A stretch of DNA of 64,000 nucleotides from Perna viridis (Eukaryota), in NCBI GenBank assembly GCA_037379345.1, contig CM074516.1, positions 25,296,001 to 25,360,000 on the forward strand, given 5' to 3'. Position numbers and translations under genes: made by a program. The notes under the pieces are model-generated. The model saw nothing but the letters and a program-made list of their open reading frames with translations. It was not told the DNA's origin and did not search any database. The number at the start of each line of letters is the position of its first letter. Positions within the stretch are counted from its first letter, which is position 1. Shown piece by piece: positions 1 to 13,270 of this stretch.

Positions 1-23
1 TAGCTGAAACTTTTACTTTGCAG

Positions 24-91
24 GAGATGACACTATTAGAAGATCTTTGTCTCATTGTTGTTCTTTAGAGGGGTTGGTGAAGCAAATGTGA
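24..91 (+). other. Possible terminal coding exon of an upstream plus-strand gene (xDDTIRRSLSHCCSLEGLVKQM*), with 3'UTR to AATAAA at 913/925
   Basis: Acceptor-like ctgaaacttttactttgcag at 4-23, a short open frame, GT/AT-rich UTR-like sequence and tandem AATAAA. No recognisable homology. Confidence 0.25.
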
Positions 92-2679
92 TAAAAACGT
101 ATATATTAGAAATACATGTACATGTGTACAACATGTCAGGATTGATGCATGTCAGTAATTGTGGATTAAATTGGATAAATGAGCTATAAGTGTGAACTTG
201 TGATTATTAAATGGCAGTTTTATAGATACTGATGTAAGATTTTCATCCAATTGAAAAGAATTAAATGATATTCATTGTATTGATTAACATTGCAACTATG
301 AATAGCTGCAATGTATAGTGAGCTAGATTTTTAATTGTAGATTCTGTGTTAAATCATGCAAATACATATACTCTGTTTATTTTTGTCATGAAGGATTATT
401 CATCTAGAATCTTGATTCCCTCGATTACTTCTTCAATTTTGAATTACTATGAATGCTTAAAAAATGTCGTCTGGTGTTTTTGTTTTGGGCAGAAATTAGA
501 AAATGTACAGTAATACCGGACTGTGCAACGGTAAGGACAAGATACATTTCCGGTCGGAGCGGGTGGTATACTCAAAGGAAGGGTGGAATACTGGAATACC
601 GCTTATCCTTTTATCCAATCAAAATTCTAGAATTTAATATGAAGTATAATATATTATTTTCATATTCCATAAAATCAAAGTGAAATGCAAATTATGTTTA
701 GATAAATTCATGATTTTCATATGAATATTTAGGTGTCAGTAGCTCGTATTTTGTTTTCTTTTTCCTGTTCTTTTTTGTTTTTACAAATATAAAGATTGTG
801 AATGAAGCTTTCCTGTAATTAAGTGCAATATTCGATGCTAATGGGAGAATTTTTATAGTGTGTGTGTATGACATTGAATATGTATGTAAGGTAATTATGT
901 TAGAGGTTGTTCAATAAAACAAACAATAAAAAAAACCTACAGTATGATTTATGAATTAATGTGAAAGTACTTATGTCCATGGAAGTCAATTTTCATGGTT
1001 TTGTGATGTATCAAAATTCCTGATGTTTATTAGATGTTAATGTTTAGAGCCTATCAAGGAAAATTTTGTATTTCATTTGGAATTGGAATTTTTCCCTAAC
1101 GATGAAATCCATGGAAATTGGTTCCCCACCATAGTCAGATACAAGATGGGAGTCTTGCGCTTGAAAAAGTTTGGTTGGTAAAATTACCAATCATACTCTC
1201 TTTAGGCTAATCAGCATCCCCCTTTTTATGATCCCTAGATCCACTACTGCCTTTTGTTGTTATGAACTGATTTTTTTTATTGTATCTTATACAGGTAGGT
1301 ATAAACAATGTTTGCCAGTTGTTAAATGTTTTGATGATGTACCCAAATTTTTGTACAAAAGGAGATAGATGAAAATCTGGGCAAATGATTATAAGCATTT
1401 AATTAAAGGTGAACACATCAGAGAAAACACATAATATCATATCTTAATCTTAAAAGTTGATTTTCCTAGTAAACAGTTTTTTTTTGTTTTTTAGTTTAAA
1501 AAATGTCTGAATGTTCTTGAAAATAAGATTAAATAATTAACCAAAAAAATCGAAATGAGGTCATCAACCATCACAATGAGCAGTTTTGACTACAGTTTGA
1601 ATCAATTCTTAAAATGGCTCTTATTTTAGTCTACTCATGTAAGATAACATTGAAGAATAGACATGCCTTTTAATTATCAAACAGTTACAATACACACGAC
1701 AGTATTATGTTGTTGATAATTTCCAACCTTATCATTGGGAAGAACAGTGCAATAGAATCAACTTGCTTCCCATCTGAAGTTTATTGGTACTCCAGCCACA
1801 TAACTATGACTTATCTACACTCTTTTGCTGACGCGATCAATCGAGCTTTAAGTGCTGATAATGTTCTTCAATACTCGGTAAATTCTTGGGACAATCATTT
1901 ATCCGAGTAATTTAGCAATGAGACACATATAGGAGCTTAATTCAAAACTATACATTTCTATTATGACAGTAATCCATTCCTTGTATAAATTTCTTGTAAA
2001 CTTACAAACATCTGGTCCAAGAAGAATGGCGTTTTTTATTGGTTTACTTGATGCATTGTTTACTAGTTACGTATTTTTTAGGAATCACTAGGTGTAGTCA
2101 TCTATATATTCTTTTTAAATAATTATTTCGATAAAATGTCCACAGAAGATATTGCGCTGTCGTCAGACCCATTTTCACGACTACAATGTCCAATGAAACT
2201 GATAATTAAAAAGAAAAACAGTGATGCCATTGTTTTAGAGTTCAATAAAAACAATTTTAGAACAGCTCCCGGCGAACCGGAATCAGAGCTGGCTCTAATG
2301 CTTCTATGGATCTGGTAGAACTGTCCTGACCGTGCAGTTTTTATAGAGGTTACATTGTAGACATTATCTCATCTGTACTAGTGAAGTCACGTTTTTTCCT
2401 GCTGAGTTTAATTTAATTTGCACTTGTGAATTTTGCGCTTTCAGTTTTGTACATCATTATATTAGGCTCAATGAAATAATGTAAAGAGCATGTTGTTTGA
2501 TTTTGTTTTGTTAGATATGGCAGTAGTAATGTCAGAACACGAGGATCATGACTTCATGACCAAATATCCCTGTAACTAATTGTATTCCGGGGTTGTCTAT
2601 AATTATTTTTCTGCACCTGTGACCTGATTAAGGTTGACTAGCATATGATTACGATTGTCGGCTTTTCTTTGCTGATTGC

Positions 2680-2885
2680 ATTTAGGCTTTGGGTGCTTGA
2701 GGTCGTGGGTATGATCCTCCACCGGATCATACCAGACTTAAAAGATAGTCACTGCTTTTCAGCTAAGCACATTGTATATAATTAGTTGGCTCTGAGTGGA
2801 AATATTGTGTCTAAATGGGTTGAAATGATATTCTGTGGGCTATTACTCCTTAGTGCTAGCATATTAAATAACCGATCAGTGTAGA
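2680..2885 (+). mobile_element. Degenerate tRNA-derived SINE, Meta-domain type
   Basis: Decayed B box (ggtcgtgggtatgatcc) then GGATCATACCAGACTTAAAA..CTGCTTTTCAGCTAAGCAC..GTTGGCTCTGAGT..TGTGTC..GCTAGCA, resembling the mollusc MetaSINE central domain as I recall it. Confidence 0.6.
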
Positions 2886-4720
2886 GTGTCAGTCTCTTGA
2901 AATACAGTCTATTCGATTGATCAATCGTTTACGTCTTTAGATGCATGATTCTGGATTGGAAATACGGGAAAGGTGAGTTTTTGGCCAGGCTTCGTTTTTA
3001 ACAAGTGAAGCTACCCATCGTATACAGTGTATACGTCGACATGCAGGCAGAGCATTCAATGATATAATTTTCAGTATAAAACATCATTGCGTTAATTATC
3101 TGACTTTTGCTTCATAATGTTTTTGCTGAGATTGTGGACAGAACTTTTTGTTCTAGGCCAGATATAGTGTTCTCTGAATTACCAGAACTTGTCAACAGTC
3201 ACAACATACATCTTATAAGAAACTTCAGACACAGTATTGAATTGACCTCAAAACAGAAAGTTGAGAATTCGATCGTTAGACTTAATCCAGAGTCTTTTAG
3301 TGACAAATTGCTTGGCAAACGGCTATAACCTATAGGATCAGACATAATTTTCTTGATTTATCATCATGACATAACACCTACCCAGAAGAAAATTGTCCTA
3401 CATAATCATATTGTCTGGTTGAGTTTTTTATTTGGTTAGATAAAACATTACTGTTATGTATTTACCCAATATAACGCCCTTTGGGAATATTTAAGCTATG
3501 GCTCAATTACTAGTATACCAGGACAATAACTGATATAATGTCTTGTACTCTTACTCATAAATTACTAGGGACCCATGCATTCCTGAAGGGTTTATAAAAA
3601 CATAAATAATTGTCTTGTAAATCTAAGGAATGCATTGAATACCAAAATATTGATGTGGCTGTGTTTGTGAAGGTTGTTATGTACTTCGCTGGAATCAAGT
3701 CTTTGGTTTTAGAAAAAAAACGATGTTAGAATGTTGTCACTTATTAACAGTACGGTTAATAATTTGTTGAAGGCTTTGGTATTATATTTATTTCAAACTT
3801 GGTGTCCCCGTGAATTTTTCTTATTCCTGGGGCGAAGAAGCGGTGCGTGGCCATTTGAAAGTTTCGTTCTTTTCTAAATCGTCGAAGGAAATTACAAATT
3901 GTTTTTTTTTTTATTTTTTCAAGCCACGTCAAGAAAACGTTTGTTCGTCCATACACTTCGAAAAACGTTATTCTTACAAATTAATTTCTTGTCAGTTCTC
4001 AAAGCTGTTCGATATTTTTCGTTCCATTTCTGTTCATGACCTTATCAAAGTACCAAGAGAAGACCAGCCGGTACCTAATACATCCTTGTACCCGTTAAGC
4101 AAGAATAACTGTCATATAATTCGATACTATCTGATAAAGAATAAAAAAAAAATAATTATTCAATTAAATTAGCAAAACAGCGTTGACGTTGTCTTGTATA
4201 ACATCTTTCTTTTTGACAACAAAATCAATGATCTCAAGGGGTTTATTGACTTGTTATCAATACATAAACATAAATCTGATGACCTATGACTTTTTGTAAA
4301 GCATCAAGTATTTCACTTTACTAACCATTGTAATTTATCGGATGTTTCATCTTTAAAGATGTTACCGAAAAGAATATATGAGATTTTATGATAATCAATG
4401 TGTTTTACACAAAAAGGTGAATAGTTAGACAACTAACTGCTTAAAGAAATGTATATTCATTTGGTTACAAAGCTGGTGGAATGACAAAAAAGTAAGCATG
4501 TGTGTAACAACTTCATCTCGTAACTCGACGCATGATCGACTACAAAACCCCATGTGTCTGTGCGTTCGTCCGCCAAACCTTGTCAGCAGAATTTAATTGC
4601 ATCGTAACACAAATGAAAGCACAGAAAAAAATAACGGCATTAATCAAAACTAAACGAGTAGTGTAATACAAAAATTACCAAAATTACAAAAAAAAAAACC
4701 AACAAAAAATAATAATAATA

Positions 4721-4755
<35 letters not shown>

Positions 4756-5534
4756 TTAGAATGTTCTATTGTTGAACACCGAAGTAAGTAATAAAGAAAA
4801 CAACAGTGGTATAACGATAAGAGCTGAATTGATAGGACACTCATTTCGTCATGTTTTTATTCTGAGGTCCGTTTGCTCCTATAGTATTAACACTGTATCA
4901 AAAATCGCATACACATGATTTCAGGTGCATATTATGTTTTGTCGGATATACCAGAGTTAACTTCCAGAAATGTCACAGTACGAGAATCGTGACTCTGTGA
5001 CTCTGTGGGACTAATTGTATTCCAGGGTAAGCTGTAATTATTTCTCAGCACCTAAAACCTGATTAAATTCGATCTTTTAGAACTGTTTTGACCGAAAAAT
5101 CTTGGGACGTTTTTATAATCTGTAAAACAATTATTGTGGTTGAATTTTAAATGAATTCAGTCCAAGCCCAATGCAATTTTTAGAAAATAAAGATAAAGGT
5201 ACAGAACAGGTTTGTTCAAATTAACTAATAATTTATATCGCAGCAAGGGAAGATCATTTGGAAGGTTTGTCAATAAAATTTTAAGACCCCATTCCCTTTA
5301 AATCTAAATTGGGCACACATATCTATGTTAACCAGTTTGCTTATTGTTATACAACTCATCCAAAGCATCTTTACTCCTGTTTCTGAACCTACCTCATCAT
5401 TTGACAGACTTGTGGCGATTATTTTGGATATTGGTTTCCACAGACTCTTTAAACCAGTTTGCGTTGAAGGTCAAGATGGTGAATAGCGATAATTTTTTTC
5501 CACTACTATTTGCAAACAAAGGTATAGATGCAAT

Positions 5535-5698
5535 TACCGGTGTACTTGATCCATGCTCACAGTTTCTAGTGGAGTCCGAGTTGCTCATTGGTTATTTTAT
5601 GTTCTTTGTTGTGTTTGTCTGTTTTCCATGTCTTCTTTTTCCCCTGGATTACATTCTTTTGATTTCCACTAGAATCTTGGTACCCTTGACTACTCTTT
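5535..5698 (+). mobile_element. Penelope-like (Naiad-type) retroelement 3'-end fragment
   Basis: Matches the 3' non-coding part of copies at 14714 and 23811 (GGAGTCCGAGTTGCTCAT...CCCTGGATTACATTCTTTTGA...ACTCTTT). Confidence 0.8.
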
Positions 5699-6368
5699 GT
5701 AACAATGCAGAAATTATACTACCACTGGCATCCACGCATCAAACTTGTTATAAATAAAGAAATGATTTTTACAAATAAATATAATGAAACGTAGTCAATG
5801 TAGACTAGGGAATTTCGAGTTAAAGATAATGATGTAACATAATTTATGTTAATAATAATGTAACAAAACACAATGGATACACTGGGTGTATTTAAGACGT
5901 ACTGAAGAAATAATGAAAGCATTTAGCTTCGAACCTGTACGTGATACTTAGGGAAAGATTAAATAGAGATCTACTTGCTTTGTCGAAAGTACACAGACTC
6001 ATCTTTCGGCTAAAAAGTTCACCGTACGATTTATCACCAGGTACATATGTGTTGTCATGAAATTGGTCTTGAGAGTAGTGACAGATATCTTCAGACAAAT
6101 AGGTTTGTACCATTCAATACTCTGCAGACGTAGATTATACATACTTGATGTATCTTCATGGCATGACACTAGTTGCTGAATTTAATAAGTGATCTGCTAA
6201 TGTGGAACCTTCGTCCGGTTGAAATCAAAGATTTATGGTACTTACTTAATATAAAAGCAGCCGAATGCAAAAAACCAATGAAATGTGCATAACGCAATTC
6301 TGAACAATATAAATGACCCAAAGGCACTTGCTATCTTAGTAAAACTGTTTTTCGCCTTAATTTTGTTT

Positions 6369-6574
6369 AAGAATAAACAAGGTAACCAAGATTCTATCGG
6401 AAATCAGAAAAATGTAATCGTGGATCAAAAACACCAGACATGGAAAACAGACACACCCAATAAAGAACATAAATATAACCAAGATAATAGATACAAAGTA
6501 ACAAAAGTAAATGGGCTACTCTGACTCCACTCAAAAACCGAGAGCGTGGATCAGGTGCCCCAGTAAGGAAAGCG
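6369..6574 (-). mobile_element. Penelope-like (Naiad-type) 3'-end fragment, reverse orientation
   Basis: Diverged reverse complement of the same 3' module (CCAGACATGGAAAACAGAC, GACTCCACT). Confidence 0.75.
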
Positions 6575-6788
6575 ATTTAAGGGTTTCTTTCAACAAAATT
6601 ATGATTATTGCCACTTTATCGTATTTATGCTTGTAACCTACCGATACTTAACATTTACGCCCGGTTCCATTGATTTCACTTTTTGTAAAATCATTTATGA
6701 TTGAAACGAAGATAAAATCTCCAGCTTATTTTAAACAGTTATAGATCCACAACGATCAAAATTGAATAAGTACTAACGTCAGCATACT

Positions 6789-6902
6789 AAAGAGTTATAA
6801 AAGGAACCAAGATTCTAGCGGAAATCGAAGGAATGCAATTTATGTAAAAGATCGGACAGAAACACACACAACAGAGAACACAAAATAATTAAAATAATAC
6901 CA
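6789..6902 (-). mobile_element. Short, highly diverged Penelope-like 3'-end fragment
   Basis: AAAGAG..GGAACCAAGATTCTAGCGGAAATC is the reverse complement of the family 3' terminus. Confidence 0.55.
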
Positions 6903-8053
6903 CCTAGATTTGAGAAAGTTATATCAGAAACTAGCCTGAGTTTTGCTTTTCTGCAGTGAGGACTAAAAAGGACTAGTAAGTCTGTATAATGTTTAGAAAT
7001 AATTCTCATTAGGCTTTAAAGGTAAACTCTATTTACATTGACATGCTGGTCAATAGAAGCACAATAACCACCTGTACACAATAGGTGATTTAAACTGTGC
7101 GAATAAGTGGACCAAATCAAGTAAATCTCATGTGTTCGCTTATTTTTGCATTCTCTGCAGAATTAAAAAAGGACCTTGCAAAGGTTTTGGATATAATTTT
7201 ACATAAAATGAATGAAGGGGATGGTATGCCTTAACAATTTACTAGATACACTGGTTTGTCTGTAGTCACAGGGAAATAAGTGGTGACATTGGGGTTAAAT
7301 TTGTCGAAAGGTAATGATGAACCTTAAGTTAACTGCACATTTGTAGCACTATAGGAGCGGATCCATGATTTCATGTTATGGCGCGTTAATAAAATACGTG
7401 TCAAGCGAAGTGAGGTAAACAAAATGTTGGTGGTAGAATTTGCGAAATACCAAGAATTCGTACAACAATTTTTTATCACCAATTTTAGGGCGAAGCACGC
7501 CTACCACGGCCGTCCACGGATCCTTTCTTGCAGATTCGAACAACAGACTTTTGAACTGAGGAAGAAAAGACATTTTGACTCGAAGCAAAATAAAATGATA
7601 TATAGTTACTTGAACTAAAACAAATGTCACAATAAGATTGACAAAAATAAGACCGAAGGACATTTTGATGGCCGTAGAACATCAAAGTGCCTGGGTTAAA
7701 TTTTCCTGATGAATAATTCAATATTGTTTGCTGATTAATTATCAGGTTTATTTTAATGATGATACCAAAGCAACCTTGATTATGTTGTAACATATATCTA
7801 GGTGTTGACAACTAATCGATATTCCTATGTGGTTGTATTGACAAGTTATCAATGTTTTGACAAAATTTGATGACTTATCTAAATGCTATAAATTTCACAT
7901 TGCGATATAGCAATAATACTACATATTTCATTACAAACTGAGATGCTATGCTTTCTGAAACATTTTGAATATTAAGACAAATGAATTGTGTAACCCGACT
8001 AACAAGTTAGCCTTACTGCAAAGACCCACTTGAATTGAAGTTTCATTTGACTG

Positions 8054-8299
8054 NNNNNNNNNNNNNNNNNNNNNNNNNNNNNNNNNNNNNNNNNNNNNNN
8101 NNNNNNNNNNNNNNNNNNNNNNNNNNNNNNNNNNNNNNNNNNNNNNNNNNNNNNNNNNNNNNNNNNNNNNNNNNNNNNNNNNNNNNNNNNNNNNNNNNNN
8201 NNNNNNNNNNNNNNNNNNNNNNNNNNNNNNNNNNNNNNNNNNNNNNNNNNNNNNNNNNNNNNNNNNNNNNNNNNNNNNNNNNNNNNNNNNNNNNNNNNN
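8054..8299. other. Assembly gap (N run)
   Basis: Ns. Confidence 1.
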
Positions 8300-9229
8300 T
8301 TTAAGAATTAGCAGTTAAATCCATAGAGAGTCCGTCCAATGATTTAAAAAGCATATGTTCTGATATCACCATGCTCTTTTATATTGTGACGTTATTCTTG
8401 AGACTAACATTTTGTGAAAGAAAATACAGTACAATACAACAGCCATGGTAAAATAACACAACGGGTGTTGAACATTTTGTACTTGAATCCTAGGTTACTG
8501 CCTCCAACAATAAATATAATATTGGTATGTAACTGTTACCGTTTTGATAATGTTTGTTCTTTCAAGTGGCAACGTGAAGGTCAAATTCCTCATAATTTTA
8601 GACATAAATGTCACTTATCCAACTAGAAACATTTATGTATATTATTTCATGCAGACCAATTTCCTAAGATGATCATCTTTTCACATCTGTCAAATATCAA
8701 AATTGCTTCATACAGTTGTTTTAGATCCCTTCGTTAATGATGAGAATTTCGATTCTTTTATATATATCAAAGTAAACGCTGGATCTACATTGCGTCATTA
8801 TATATATTTGGTAACGTTTAAAAGAATGCGTTATATATATTCTTATATATTCTGACGGACATTAGCTGATGAAAAAGATATACATAGCACCATAGTGATG
8901 CTTATTTGAATAACGCACTGCACACATTTATTTTACAACGTTGACATATATGTGCATGCTTTAAGCCACATTAAGTTCCTGTCAGTATGCTTTTTTGTGT
9001 TTAAACACTGAATGTTTTATTATCTAAAAACAATTTTCGTTTTCACAAAACAACGTTTTAGAATAATTCAGTAACTCTTTTGCGACAATCGGACTCCTTA
9101 ATATAATACCGTCTCATTTTAGTTTGATGTTAATTCTTATTTTTTTCTTGTATTATTTGCAATGCTGATATACCCGATTTTGTTAAACCGAACTGTTTTA
9201 TTATATTTCATGTTTTTAATAAGGAATGC

Positions 9230-9444
9230 GAAGCCTTCTATATTGATGACCATCTCCATACATTCAAGTAAAGGAACAAACCTCTTAAAACTTACTGTAT
9301 TATTAGTATTCAAATACAAATACACGTTGGGTAAAGGGAAGCCTTCTATATTGATGACCATCTCCATACATTCAAGTAAAGGAACAAACCTCTTAAAACT
9401 TACTGTATTATTAGTATTCAAATACAAATACACGTTGGGTAAAG
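9230..9444. repeat. Perfect tandem duplication, 107-bp unit (period 108)
   Basis: 9230-9336 is identical to 9338-9444. Confidence 0.95.
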
Positions 9445-9563
9445 ATAACAATGAGCGTAAACATTAAGAGTTATTCATCCAAATATCGAAAACAAAATAT
9501 TGTCAAAATGAAAATCAAGAAACAAACCAAAAACAAACACGTACATAATTCTCTGAAATAAAA

Positions 9564-9702
9564 NNNNNNNNNNNNNNNNNNNNNNNNNNNNNNNNNNNNN
9601 NNNNNNNNNNNNNNNNNNNNNNNNNNNNNNNNNNNNNNNNNNNNNNNNNNNNNNNNNNNNNNNNNNNNNNNNNNNNNNNNNNNNNNNNNNNNNNNNNNNN
9701 NN
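9564..9702. other. Assembly gap (N run)
   Basis: Ns. Confidence 1.
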
Positions 9703-10937
9703 ACACAATTATAGAAAAGCACTTTACACCACAGATGATCTCAAAGAAGTGATTGAATGTTTCGTCTATAGTTGTTAAAGAATAACCGCATTATTTTTTT
9801 CGTTGACGCAGTTATTGAGAAGAACTCGAGAAGTACGAAGCTATACATGGTTCTTTGTTCTGTCATTGTAATGAAAAAAAAATGTTTGTTGCTTTGTACT
9901 CTTCAAAACCAGTTGAAATTGGGACAAAACGACGATGAATTACCAACTTTGTAGAAAGTGTTCTATAAGTCGTTAACTTTCTGTCAGAGAAATGTTGTTA
10001 TCAAGACAAGGATAATTCCTTTCCTTTTCCTTGACAGCGTCAAGGATAATTTCACTCCAAATTTAAAACCCAATGTCATTCAATCAATGTTAGCCATGGC
10101 TTACTTGATCTATTTATTACTGAAATAACCTATTGTGAAACATCATAATCCGTAGGGTTACTTCAAGATTCAAAGCATGCTTGCCTCTGAGGGGATGTAT
10201 TGAATTCGTCTTTATTATGATTTTGTCACATGTAGAAAGTTAATTGCTGATAACACCTGATATTATCAATGATATTTGAAGTTCATAAATGGTTTTGATA
10301 GGCTACATTTTTATTAGTTTGATTCTGTTTTTTTTATGCATATGTTATGACTTGTTTTGAATACTGAAAGACATTTATGCCGTATTGAAATTGAAATATA
10401 TGATCATGTTGGCTGGCTTGTAGTTATGGAATTTAAATTTAATGATACCAGGTATAACGTCAAACTGGAGCACCTTGCGGTTAAGTCTAATATGATGCTA
10501 AATTGCATTCTGAAAAAAGAGCCAGCCAGCTCACATCCATTATAAACGATATACCTAAAATATACTTATATATGTCTTTGTAAGAATTGGTTTGTGTTCG
10601 CGGAAATTAAAATCAGCGCAGTAGGATAACGTTTGTTTGATATAATAAATAAAATGTTGTTCTAAAATTGATTAAGTGTCAATTCATTCCAATATGTTGA
10701 AATTGCATGTTCGATGTTTCATGAATTTTATTGTTTATTTGTTAAAGTGCCAGTGATTCATTTCCTCTGGGACTTTGGTACTGATACGGAAGTATTATGA
10801 AACAGTATGCTGTGCTATTGAAACATTTCACAATATGCAATACTATCAATGATATAACTCACTGCGTCCATCGTTTTTCGTTATTTTGGTCATTTGATAC
10901 ATAATTCAACGGAATTGGTTCATAGGGTGTTTCTAAC

Positions 10938-11417
10938 ACTTAGAAATCGATGGTAAAACAAAACTATTGACCGAACTTTACGACAAACATGATGACGTTT
11001 CATTCAAAATTGTGAACTTTCCTTTCATCTGTGGCAACATCCATTCAGCACCTGCGTACGGAGTATTCATATCACAACTCATACGTTAAGCCAGAGCTTG
11101 CCAAAACGACGTAGACGTTTTGTATCGCGCTAGGATTCTAACAAATAGGCTTCTGAAACAGGGTTATGTTGCTACAAGATTGAAGTCATCACTACAAAAG
11201 TTTTATGGTCGTCATCATAAACTCGTGGATCGTTATGGTGTGACCATCTGCACCATAAAAACTCATTTATTCAACGTCATAGTTTTCCTTTCCTCGTTTG
11301 TCTACCCCGGAGTTGACTTTTTATGAGCAACTAGGCGTGTGTTTCCAAAAAAACAGAGGATGCTTACCCTACCAGTGTACCTGGTCCATACTCCCAGTTT
11401 TTAGTGGAGTCCGAGTT
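10938..11417 (+). mobile_element. Penelope-like (Naiad-type) retroelement fragment: RT thumb coding remnant plus part of 3' UTR
   Basis: Translates [50 protein letters not shown]...LLKQGY, the C-terminal RT region of PLEs, with one premature stop. Confidence 0.85.
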
Positions 11418-13088
11418 ATAAAGAATAATAATAAAGAAAGAGAAATATCGTGAAGTAGTTTGCTTTTCGGAACGACGTCGAGTTTTGAAAATGTGATTTA
11501 CTTTTGTGCCGTAAAAAGTAATATCGTAGGAAGATAAATGACTGACTCTAAGTTGTGCTAGATTTCCCAAGATCATAATGTTCCCTCAATGATCCAAGCT
11601 GTGTACTAATTGTTACTTTAGTATTGAATAGCCATAACTCACCCGGGACAAAAGCACGCTTCTTGTGGTTGATTAATCTGGAAAGAGGAAGATTCAATTA
11701 TTTTAAATGTCTTATCTCTTTTGTCAATCGGCCTTGAAAATTAAACGTGTTACAACTTATTGTTCATTCTACAACAAAGAAGCTAATTAAATGATATTAC
11801 ACAAAATGGTATTAAGGAAGGATAGTGGCGAATACAAATATGAATACTTGTTTGATAAATGAATATATCTTAGTGAATAAGCATTGGATGTTTTTCTCGC
11901 GATGCCCTCTTTTCGACCTAAAACTTAAAAGTAACTGAAATGAATGAGCTAGCGTACATCGACAGCAAAGTTTTTAATTGTTAAATAGATGTTTCATTGC
12001 ATGTAAATAGTGCATACTGGACAGTGTTTCAAGGCAATTATTTTGCAGTAAATTGGTTAAACCTGATTTAGTTTTAGTGTTTTTTTTATTTATGTAGTAA
12101 AATATACGTCCATCTAAATAATGTTGTTTCTTTGTAATTTGTCTTCATTTGTCTGTAGAGCAAACTTTGGAATCGACTTGGTTTACTTGACAAAGTAGCA
12201 AATATCTTAAGTCGAAATCAGAAAAGTCGATAATTATAAGAAATAAAAATAAAAACTAGGTGAACAAATGATCCTGCATTCAATTTAAACAAATAAATAC
12301 GCTCCCGAAGGAAGCGTAAATGATTGTATTATCGACTTGGTTTCCCAATACTTATGCCCTAAAAAGTATCAATATGCGGTCTTGCACCTTCGTTCAGGAG
12401 TTACAAAATGGCATCATGACAATTCTATTTTCGTGTATAGTTAAATGGGATTGAGAATCAAACCAGTCTCAGAAAAGAAAACATTCGCGGCCTTTGATAA
12501 TTAAATACAAATAACATTATATCTTTATTTCCAAGCTATATATGGCTGAAACATCCACAGAGTTATTAAAACAATTGACGTAACGTCTTACCCAAAATAC
12601 CATACGAACGTATAATGATATACATTAGAAACAGACAAACAGACTGGGAAATTTGAATCGTTTTATAGTTCTAAGTAGAAACGTGGTTTATATTAAATGG
12701 TATCTACTTACTCCTACTCGGCGAAATATGACGTTTACATATGTTATTCACTCCCTTCCATTACGAATCAACGTAAACACTACAATTATCGAGCATTGAA
12801 ATCACAGCTTTCTTACATTCACAACTAAAGATTGTTTTTTTAACATAAAAAAAAAATTTACAAATATACTCGAACATTGCCTTACTGTATGGTATTCTAT
12901 GAAGCAACAAGCTTTGAATTAATATTCCCACAGGTTATTGACAAATGATACACTAGAAGTACGATTTTTATCTTCAATGAAATGAATAGTTATTTCCTCG
13001 TGTCACCACGAAAATCGAACATACTGAGTAATTCTGCAACTTTATCTTTGAAACAGATTCTATAACATTACGTCTCTAAACATTTATG

Positions 13089-13270
13089 TACTCAAACCTG
13101 TACTTCGCGACCACCTGTATTCAGCGCACACCTGCCTTAAAATGTTTGTCCAAGTATCTCTATGTAGTGCATTTTATACGTAAATAACCTATTTATATAG
13201 ATCACCTGCTTAATGTGGCCAGGGTTTTTCTCCTGCTTTTTAGAAGGTAATTTTAGACAGATTTACTGCA
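13089..13270. mobile_element. Degenerate Tc1/mariner-type non-autonomous element (MITE)
   Basis: Ends TACTCAAACCTG... and ...AGACAGATTTACTGCA resemble CAGTAAAACCTGTC-type TIRs, with internal repeated (G)ACCACCTG motifs. Confidence 0.45.

Noticed and set aside
3810-4172. 120-aa ORF with VCSSIHF resembling a THAP C..HF motif
   Set aside because: Spacing is wrong, the N-terminal CxxxxC and W are missing, and the ORF crosses a poly-T run.
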